Positions 54,632 through 64,000 of a DNA stretch of 64,000 nt are shown one piece after another. The position numbers and the translations under genes were made by a program. The notes beneath the pieces were generated by a model, which saw nothing but the letters and a program-made list of their open reading frames with translations, had not been told where the DNA came from and did not search any database. Source of the DNA: Salpingoeca rosetta. Taxonomy: Eukaryota; Protista; Choanoflagellata. Numbering within the stretch: position 1 is the first letter of the stretch; every line of letters starts with the position of its first letter. The stretch spans positions 312,564 to 376,563 of the forward strand of contig JAWQFM010000005.1 in NCBI GenBank assembly GCA_033442325.1, read 5' to 3'.

Positions 54632-55335
54632 CTACGACGATGTCACAGCCTGTAGGAGCCGACACAGGCGCACATCAAAGTCAGCAACACCTGCATATCC
54701 CGGAAAGTAGTTGACGTCAACAACATGGAGGTTGTGGGTGCCGGCCTCAACAACAGCTGTTTCGTTGGGTGAACACCACGTTGTAGAACACGTGGGGGGG
54801 GGGGCGATTGAGGAGGCGTGGGGCAGGTGGTTGTGGCGTTGCGGTGAATGCATTGCGTGCGGTGATCGTGCTGAGCGTGTCGTGAGGCAGACAAGCAGAA
54901 GCAAGCACACACATGCACACAAAAACGCGCACACGTAAACATACACAAAACATAGTCAAGAACACACGCGCGCACACGTAAACATATTCAAGAACACACA
55001 CGCGCACGCTGACCGTCAATGCCAAAGAGAGAGAGGCCAAACTCCTCGCGCACAGCCGCCACCATTGCAGATACGGTGTCATCGTCGACTACACGCTCCC
55101 GGAGCAAGTGCGCACCGGCCTGCCAAGGCGATGAAGGGTGAGGGGAGGAAATGGAGTCATTGTTGGTACTTGTCCGTGTCTTGGGGGTGGTGTTGGTGGC
55201 AAGACGAGGAGGGGACGGTTTGTCACTAAGGGATGCGGCACAGAAAGATGTGCATTGCATGCACACAGAGTGAAAGAGAGAGAGAGAGAGATGTGCACGC
55301 GCACGCGGACGCAGATCCACAACGCACACACACAC

Positions 55336-55396
<61 letters not shown>

Positions 55397-57094
55397 ACGT
55401 TGAGGTGTGATTCGGAGTGTGGCTTTGAGACATCGTGGCTGTCAAAGGGGATGCAGAGAGGCGCATGGGTGGCGCTGTTGTGCTGCAAGTTGCGGATGGA
55501 AGGGCGGTGGCAGACCGTGAACGAGTCACCAACCACAAACACCTGCACATCACATATACAAACGGAAGGTGTGGGTAGTTGGTGGTGGTGGGTGAGATGA
55601 TGAGGAGAACGCTCAATTGACCGGAAGGGTGGCACCTTCATCCACAGTCACAAACGTTCTCATACGTGTGTACATTCCCGCACATCCCCGCACGCGCAAT
55701 ATGCAAGCACAAGAGCAATTTCCAAACCTTGATAAGCACCGCGTTGTGTGGGACGAAGGTTTGCGCGATAAAAGGCGGTGCAATGGAGGGGCTCGCTTGT
55801 GTGGACAACAGCAAACACATTTCGTGCGCTGCTTTGCTGCCGTGTGCGGTGACAGACTTGCAGATCACAGGCACCTCTACGCCGGCCTCGCTCAGCCGGG
55901 CTTCCAGGTTGGCCTGAACGGCATTGCACATCAAGGGGGGGGGGTTTGTGCAGTCGCTTAAGACGCTGAATAGCATTGATGCAGTGCACAACATGAAGTT
56001 CAAGGTGTCCTGCACGCACGAACACACGCACCACACATGCACACACTCGCACGCACCAGGTCGTCCTGAGAGCGAATGACGGCGGAGGTTGGAGTGGTGA
56101 TGCGCCAGGTTCCGTGTGTTGTCGTACATTGTCGCAGCTTGGTGAAGGTGAGTTCTCGGTCCAACAACACCTCACTCCTGGCCAAGGGATCCACGACGAC
56201 GCACGAGCTTGGTTGTGAAGCAATAAACGCCTGAACGCATGTATGTGAGCGAGTGTGCATATGTGTGTGCGTGCGTGCGTGTGAGCGAGTGTGCACATGT
56301 GTACGCGCGCGTGCGTGAGCGAGTGTGCATGCGTGCATGCGTGAGGGAGCGACGATGCTTTCATTTCTGTTTAGATAGGCGCACAGCAAAGGTGTGGTGT
56401 TTCACACAGACGTGCAAGTGCTTAAGCACACGCGTGTACACACATCCACGTATGCATGCCTTGGCACAGAAGCACGACCGCTGGTTCACCTTGAAGGCAT
56501 CGATAATGCGAGCTGCTTTCTTGTCCCCTTGTCGGCTAAGCGCTGCAAACTCAGTCACCTTGTGTACAATCACATCGTAGGTATTCTGCGCTCCACACAG
56601 CAATGCAGGGCACCATGGAAAAAAAAAAAAAAAACAACGCAACCGACCACGATGAGAAGAACGAGAAGACACGCTTGTACTACCCCACCCCCAGCGAACC
56701 TGCGGAGGCAAGTGCACATGGTTGCGATGCAGCCGTATCGCACAAACCTCCCTCACGCAGCACCAGCCACATGGTCGCCAAGAGCATACGCACCTCTCGA
56801 ACCGCCTCCAAAGCATCTACTTCAGCGACATCGCATATCATGCCATACCTAGGCATCATGTCATGTCATGTCATGGGCGAGTGAGAAGCAGAAACCAATG
56901 CAACACGAGTGCTCGATTTCCATATGCATACACACATCACACCCATCACACACATCACACCCATCACACACCTCACACACATCACACACTCACTTGCGTG
57001 CAGTCTTGATGACGCGCTGCAGGTCAATGTGCCGCTGCTTCTTGGCACTGATGACAAACAACACGGACACGGACGCACACGGCTCATCCATCAT
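54632..57094 (-). CDS. ITPK1: Inositol-tetrakisphosphate 1-kinase (ATP-grasp), multi-exon
   Basis: DVIVHKVT, VVDPL..LLDR, PVICKS..AHG..AHEM, QTFVPHNAVLIKVFVVGD, RPSIRN, FDSHDVSK, GLSLFGID, VDVNYFPGY. Confidence 0.93.
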
Positions 57095-57600
57095 TGTCTG
57101 TTTTGTGCAACAGCTGGGCGAGCCGTTACTGAGAAAAATGCTGTATGCCTTCATGTGATTTTCGCGGCCCAGCGTTGGTTGTCGACTTATTTCAGTCTCT
57201 GTACGAACCCGATGAGAGCACTGGTGGGTGTCTTCGTGTAATTTTCCGCAGTACTCGCGACGTGCAACCCACTTTACTTTGTTTTGTGGCTCGAGCAGCA
57301 TTCAGGCATTCAAACATTCATGGTGGTGTCAGCGCGTTGGGTGGCACAATCAAAAGAAAACAGTTCCCACGAAACGGCTTGCATGCCTCTCCCTCGCTTG
57401 CTCGCAGGCGAGGTTCACTTCGCGCGCCAACAACAACGACAACGTGTTCACGCTGCTTGTCACAACGACACCATTGTACACACCATTGTTGTATGTACAC
57501 CGCCATTGAACAGCAGCCCCACCATTGTACAAACTGCCACCACTTTACCGCCAACAATCACCACCACAACCACCACGACACAGCACACGCCGCTCCCGCC

Positions 57601-59439
57601 ATGTGTCGCCTGTCGCCCCTGACAGCCTTGCTGTGCGTCGCCACGCTGCTGGTGGCTGGAGCTGCTGGCTTCGCGCCCTTGGAGGACCATGTGGCCGCGT
57701 TGGAGCACGCTGCGGAACATGGCACCCGCGTGTTCATCGCCATCAACGCCGACTGTGAGACCGCCAAGCGCATGGCGCCCGCCATCGCGAAGAGCTGGTA
57801 TCGCGAGGGCCAGCCCGCGCGGTCGTACGTGACGGCGCGCCTTGTTGTGGGGAACAGCGCAGACGGCGGCCGCTTGTCGTCCTGCACGGGTGACCACGAC
57901 CTGGAGCGCTCCCTCATCACATACGTGCCGTGGTGCGAGGACTCGTACCCGCCCGTGGCCAAGGTTCTGTGCATGTGGGAGTGGATTCGGACGACGTGGC
58001 GCGATTCCTACACGCATTTCATGAAGATTGACGCCGACACGCACCTCAACCTGGATAACTTGCTGATCCTGCTGCGCAGCATGCCCAAGAACAAGCAGCT
58101 CTTCGCGGGCGCGCGGGGCTTTGGACGTGGCGCCGATAACGGCAAGGTCCCGCCCTTTTGCCTCGGCCCCGCTTACGTGGTCACGCGCGCCATGCTGGAC
58201 GCGCTCCCGAAGACCATGGGCAACCCCAACGGCCCTTCCATGCCGCCCAACTCGGACCGCGCCTTCTCCCTCGTCGTGCAGCGGCAAACCAACATCACCT
58301 GCATGGACAACGTCCCCGTGCAGTTCAAGTGGGTGTTTATGAACCGGTACTGGGAGATCGCAACCAACGGCACCATTGTGCGCAAGGCCGTGACGGAGGA
58401 TGGCCAGATGGTGCTGCCCCTGCCCAGGGGCGACGGCGGCTTCTTCAGCAGCTTCGTGCGCGCCGTATCCGTGCATCCGCTCAAGACGCCCGAGGACATG
58501 CTCGAGTTTGACAAGCGCGCGCGCCGCCTCCGCCTCCCGCTGTTCACCATTCCGCCGCCCGTGCCCGAGGAGGTGGCCAAGCTCGTCTCCCCGCTCTGCG
58601 TGCACAATCCGGCACGCCAGTACGAGCTGTGCGGGCTGTCGCTGCGCGAGTGCCCCGTGCTCATGCCGCGCGCCAAGCCGCGCACCCTCGACAGCATCAG
58701 CACCCACGTCATCTACCTCCCGTCCCGCCCCACATCCGTCATGCGCGCCACCAACCTCACCCGCTGGCTCGACGTATTTGGCTTTGAGGCGCGCATGTTT
58801 GCCGGCGTGGACGGCCCAGACACCCTCGCCGACGCGGCCAAGCTCACCTCGCCGCTCTCCGCTGCGGAGATTGGGGTGCGTGAGTCGTACAAGAGCCTGC
58901 TAGCCGATATCCTACGTGGCAACGGCGATGGGCTGCACCTGTTCCTGGAAGATGATGCGCAGCTCTCGCCAAACTTTGCCGAGGGCCTGAGCCGGCGGCT
59001 GCGGTCGCCGCGGTGCGGTGGGTACCTGCGCGTGGCGCCCGGCGGTGCGCTGCTGCTGGGCGGCACGGTGTGGCGCAACGGCACATATCCCAAGCTGTCC
59101 ACGCACACCAGCGGATGGAAGCAGATTGACGACGAGATGAAGCGGCACGGCGGCGACAACAAACTCTGCTACAATGTGGCAGCGGCAACTGAGGGCACCT
59201 TTGCCTGGCTCGCAGACACAGCCACGCTGCGGCTCGTGTACTCATGGCTGGTCAACCCCAGCTATGCCGACAGGCCTGCCAGCCAGATGTGGACGCAGCT
59301 GGCAGAGGCCGGCGTCTCTGTCCGCGCGCTCTTGCCGCCACTCGTGATCCCGGAGGTGGAGGACTCCATCACACACACGGGCGCAAAGTTCACCGACATG
59401 CAGGCCCGTGCGCGCATACACCGCTGGTCCTTCCAGTGA
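57601..59439 (+). CDS. Intronless secreted/Golgi two-domain glycosyltransferase (GT31/Fringe-CHSY-like + GT25-like)
   Basis: Signal peptide MCRLSPLTALLCVATLLVAGAAG; EDSYPPVAKV, FMKIDADTHL, FCLGPAYVVTR, SVHPLK (GT31-like); VIYLPSR, FAGVDG, LSAAEIG..SY, LFLEDDA (GT25-like); uninterrupted GC-rich ORF. Confidence 0.75.
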   Translation: MCRLSPLTALLCVATLLVAGAAGFAPLEDHVAALEHAAEHGTRVFIAINADCETAKRMAPAIAKSWYREGQPARSYVTARLVVGNSADGGRLSSCTGDHDLERSLITYVPWCEDSYPPVAKVLCMWEWIRTTWRDSYTHFMKIDADTHLNLDNLLILLRSMPKNKQLFAGARGFGRGADNGKVPPFCLGPAYVVTRAMLDALPKTMGNPNGPSMPPNSDRAFSLVVQRQTNITCMDNVPVQFKWVFMNRYWEIATNGTIVRKAVTEDGQMVLPLPRGDGGFFSSFVRAVSVHPLKTPEDMLEFDKRARRLRLPLFTIPPPVPEEVAKLVSPLCVHNPARQYELCGLSLRECPVLMPRAKPRTLDSISTHVIYLPSRPTSVMRATNLTRWLDVFGFEARMFAGVDGPDTLADAAKLTSPLSAAEIGVRESYKSLLADILRGNGDGLHLFLEDDAQLSPNFAEGLSRRLRSPRCGGYLRVAPGGALLLGGTVWRNGTYPKLSTHTSGWKQIDDEMKRHGGDNKLCYNVAAATEGTFAWLADTATLRLVYSWLVNPSYADRPASQMWTQLAEAGVSVRALLPPLVIPEVEDSITHTGAKFTDMQARARIHRWSFQ

Positions 59440-59974
59440 AGGTGGCACGGGAAGGGAAGGGGAGGTGGTTAAGGGGAGAGGGGAGAGCTAGGGAGAGACT
59501 AAGGTAGCGCACGCGTAACATATGTGTGTGTGTGTGTGCGTACGTGCTTGCGCGTGTATGTGTTGGTTTGTAGGCGATGCCGAAAATGTTTAGATGAGGC
59601 GGGGCGAGGAAGGTGGACGGGTTGATGCAAATTTGTTTGGAAGTGGTGAGGAGAGGCAGAGGCTATGGCCAAGAATCGACAGTGGACGGTAGTGGAGCAC
59701 GCTTGATTGGTATCACTCTTATTGCATGTTAATCTGAACCAGCTTTTCCTTACACTCTCTGATTTACGTTAGCCTAGTGCAATCGTGTGTGTGTGTGTGT
59801 GTATGTGTGTGTGTGTTTGTAGCGCGTTGGATGACTCTTGCTCTTCTTTGTTATCGTGCGTGTACCATCCCCTTCGACAATAACGTGACAATCGACAAGA
59901 ACTTCGTTTTATGAACGATGCAAGATGATGAACAGCAAGTGCCGGCAACAAACACACACACACACACAGGGCGA

Positions 59975-60408
59975 TTACTCCAGTGCAGACAACGACTGCC
60001 CCACCCATCTCATGTTTCTCTGGCCGTCCTGTTGATGATGCACCACAACGGATTTGGTGGTGAGGAGGAGTGGGAAGGGCGTTGCAGGGTGGACAGCAAG
60101 TTTGGAAACAAATCACCATCATCACGGACACACACACACACACACACACAACCCCACGCGTGTGTGGTGAACATACCTCCTCAGGCTCCTCTGATGTGTC
60201 GGCAACGACATACTCGCCGGCCTGCTCATACCCGCGGTTGAACACAAACTTGCCGGGACCAAGCGGCTGATGGCCGTATGTAGGGGACGCAAAGAAGTTG
60301 GCCGTGGTTTCAGGGCGGAAGCACCGGTGAGAGGGACATGAACACCGAGATGGTACCCGTGTTCACTGTGTGCATACACAGAAACACAGAAACAGAAACA
60401 CACACACG

Positions 60409-60467
<59 letters not shown>

Positions 60468-60794
60468 CACACATACGCACACACAACACACACACGCACA
60501 CACAACACACACACACATACACAGATACACCCCCCACTTGAACCTGCGCCGAAGACCACACGAGACAGAGATCCAGTGTCTCATACCTGGTCATCGACGA
60601 AGGTTCCCTGGAACTCCATGTCGGCGTAGACGAGCTTGCCGTCACCAACACGGTTGCCCCTCGACCATGTGCCAATGTACTGCACAGCCAACCAGCCGCA
60701 CGTGGAATGAAAACAGTGCATGCGCCGTTACAAAACACGTGGTTAGGCAACACATGTGCAAAAGGGGTCACTCAAACACGTTTGCACACCCACA

Positions 60795-60860
<66 letters not shown>

Positions 60861-61623
60861 CGTTAGCAGGTATGGCGGGGACTCCCAAGCGCAATTCAAG
60901 CAGAGAGCACGAAACCGGTCACTCATGCAAGAAAGATGCATTCATGCGTTACCTTGGCCCCCGACTCTGCATATGTGTACGTGCCCTGGCCATGGCGCAA
61001 GCCCTCTTCCCATTCGCCCTCATATGTGTCGCCGTTTGGGTATGTGTAGGTGCCAAAGCCATGGCGAAGGTCGGCCTTGAATTGCCCTGGAAACACCGGG
61101 GGGGGGAAGTAAGACAAATCAGTGAAGTGGATCAAAGGGACACAGTTGCAGTGCATCCCCGATGGGTATGGCGATGTTTTGGTGTCAGCATTCTCTCACC
61201 TTCGTATTTGGAGCCATCTGGGAAGTAGAATGTGCCCTCGCCGTCCTTCTTGTTCTGCACATAGGCCCCTTCATACCGGGCACCGTTCTTGAACTGGTAC
61301 ACGCCCTACAACACGTCATCAACAGTTGGAACACAAGCACGCCCACACGCAGACATCCATGTGTGAGGGTGTTGTGGACGAAAACCCGTCCCCGAGCTCA
61401 AGGGCCAGACTGTGTTGAGGCACCACAAGAACATGGTCGAGATTCTCGAGCGAGAACGACAAGCTGTGTGCTGGAACACTAGAGACGTATGGTGTGATAC
61501 ACGCACCTGGCCGTGTCGCTGACCATCGACGTAGTCACCCTCGTACGAATCGCCATTTGGCAGGACGGCACGGCCCTTTCCATGGCGGGCCCCTGTGTCT
61601 GGGTGTCGGTCACCTTCATAGGT
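59975..61623 (-). CDS. RSPH1: Radial spoke head protein 1 (MORN repeats); start lies in the N gap, 3' end uncertain
   Basis: [82 protein letters not shown]. Stop is TAA 59975 (needs a 1-bp correction) or 59851. Confidence 0.88.
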
Positions 61624-61647
61624 CTGCGTGTGTGTACGTGTGTGTCG

Positions 61648-61744
<97 letters not shown>

Positions 61745-61763
61745 TGTGGTTGTGTGTCGTCGT

Positions 61764-62140
61764 NNNNNNNNNNNNNNNNNNNNNNNNNNNNNNNNNNNNN
61801 NNNNNNNNNNNNNNNNNNNNNNNNNNNNNNNNNNNNNNNNNNNNNNNNNNNNNNNNNNNNNNNNNNNNNNNNNNNNNNNNNNNNNNNNNNNNNNNNNNNN
61901 NNNNNNNNNNNNNNNNNNNNNNNNNNNNNNNNNNNNNNNNNNNNNNNNNNNNNNNNNNNNNNNNNNNNNNNNNNNNNNNNNNNNNNNNNNNNNNNNNNNN
62001 NNNNNNNNNNNNNNNNNNNNNNNNNNNNNNNNNNNNNNNNNNNNNNNNNNNNNNNNNNNNNNNNNNNNNNNNNNNNNNNNNNNNNNNNNNNNNNNNNNNN
62101 NNNNNNNNNNNNNNNNNNNNNNNNNNNNNNNNNNNNNNNN
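61764..62140. other. Assembly gap (N run), probably containing the RSPH1 and GUK1 5' ends
   Basis: Ns between two divergent 5'-incomplete genes. Confidence 1.
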
Positions 62141-62160
62141 TTTGGTGCATTTGTTGTCTC

Positions 62161-62664
62161 ATGGCAGGTCCATCCGGTGCAGGCAAGAGCACGCTGTTGA
62201 AGAAGGCGATGAACGAGTTTCCCGGGTAAACACGCGCGCGTGTACAACTGTGGGCACACTTGTGTGTGCGTGTGTGTGTGTGTGTGTACACATGTAGGCA
62301 TATTTTTTGTGTGTGTGTGTGTGCTTGCTGAGCGCAGCACGTAGCCTCTCACGTTTCAAGGCAATGTGCTTTCCTTTCTTGGTGGTACCTGTTCTGCGTT
62401 CAATAGGGTGTTTGGTCTCAGCGTCTCACACACAACCAGGAAGCCACGTGACGGCGAACAGCACGGCCGAGGTCTCTAATGCTTGTGCATGATGTGGCGT
62501 GTGTATGTGTTTGAATATATGGCTGTTCATTGGTTTAGTTGCGATACTTGCGGTCGTGTGGTGAATGTAGGTCTTGTAAAGCCGCCGCCTCGCTCATCCC
62601 CACTTCCAACACACACACACACACACACACATGCACGTACATACATGCACACATGCACACACGT

Positions 62665-62730
<66 letters not shown>

Positions 62731-63149
62731 ACTTTGTGAGCCGAGAGGAGATGCTGAAGCGCATTGATGAGGACGAGTTTGTGGAGCATGCGCAGTTTGG
62801 CGGGAACATCTACGGCACAAGCCGCAAGGCCATCCAAGACGTCGCCAGATCAAACCGCGTCTGTGTCCTGGATCTCGAAATGCAGGTGTGTGCGCATGTA
62901 CATGTACATGTGTGCATGTACATGTACATGTGTGCATGTGCATGTGTGTTTGCACATGTGACGGCCAGTCCATTCATCCATCCATCCATCCGTCTACCTA
63001 TCCACCCACCTATCGTGACCGCTGCCCTTCTTTCTGTGTTGTACCCGGTGGCTTGGCTGCAGGGCTGCGAGAGCATCCGTTGCTTGCCGGAGTTTTCGCC
63101 CCTCTTCATCTTCGTCCAACCACCCAGCCTCGAAGCGCTGGTGTGTGTG

Positions 63150-63182
<33 letters not shown>

Positions 63183-63656
63183 ATATGTGTGTGTGTTGTG
63201 CTGCGTCATGACCATGTGCGTATGCCCTGGCACACCGCTTACCACTCCGCCCTGATACTGTGTGCTTGCGCCGCCGCCACGACAGGAGAACCGCCTTCGT
63301 GCACGCAACTCAGAGACAGAGGAGACGCTCGCCAAGCGCATGGCAGAGGCAAAGGCCGCCCTGGAATACGGTAACACACACACACATTCACACATTCACA
63401 CATACAGGCACAAAGCACATGCACATACAAGCACACTCATCCCACATACAGACACTCACTCATCTCGCCCCCCCCCAACACACACACTCACTCACACCGC
63501 CATCTCACTCGCTGGCAAACGTCATCAGGATGCACGCCTGGGAAGTTTGATGTTGTGGTTGTAAACGACGACCTGGACCGCGCATACGACACGCTCAGGA
63601 CGGCGCTGCTTCCCAAGGTGAAGGAGGTGCGAGAACTGCAAGGCAGCCAGCAATAG
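62161..63656 (+). CDS. GUK1: Guanylate kinase, multi-exon (first exon probably in the gap)
   Basis: [75 protein letters not shown]; TAG 63654-63656. Confidence 0.96.
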
Positions 63657-63798
63657 GCCAGCCAACGCACCACCGAGCCAATGAGCAACAATATTGACGG
63701 AGAATGACAACAACAACATCAACGACGACGTCGTCAGTCGTGCCTTCTCCATGATGAAACACGTCATCATCCCGGATAACAGAACTTCCAACAACACA

Positions 63799-63879
<81 letters not shown>

Positions 63880-64000
63880 CTCTATCATTGTGCCCGTTCC
63901 CTTTGCCCGTTACTGTTTCTCCACCTCACCTCATATCCCCATGTTTCGTCCCTCCCCTTCCTCCCCCCCCCCACCTGAGTTCACGTTCTCTCGTCCTGCT

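Noticed and set aside
57145-57600. N-terminal extension of the 764-aa ORF
   Set aside because: Spans the divergent promoter region; the signal peptide and coding-like composition start at ATG 57601.
59851-60029. RSPH1 pseudogenisation by a last-exon frameshift
   Set aside because: Upstream exons are intact; a 1-bp error in a G run or a different acceptor explains it more simply.

Overview
Gene-dense, intron-rich eukaryotic DNA with (GT/CA)n and trinucleotide microsatellites in most introns. The gene content (tyrosine kinase with SH2, TNFAIP8, CEP72, radial spoke protein) and style suggest a choanoflagellate such as Salpingoeca; this is an inference. Almost all long ORFs in the supplied track are microsatellite artefacts. 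Manual splicing gives 16 protein genes, mostly in head-to-head pairs: a two-pore-channel-like gene (5'-truncated), TBC1D8/9, DPM1, NDUFS7, TBCB, a CD38-like ADP-ribosyl cyclase, eIF4A3 (3' end missing), MFSD2-like, TNFAIP8, RPL30, CEP72-like, a PUB-tyrosine kinase-SH2-TIR protein, ITPK1, an intronless GT31+GT25 glycosyltransferase, RSPH1 and GUK1. Highlights: (1) a non-RD kinase-SH2-TIR fusion; (2) a type I membrane ADP-ribosyl cyclase with lysosomal-type sorting motifs, in the same window as a TPC; (3) a ~720 bp compositionally alien block where the last eIF4A3 exon(s) should be; (4) a 47-bp frameshifting duplication in the TPC tail. All homology calls are from recalled motifs, not database searches. 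CDS coordinates span introns.
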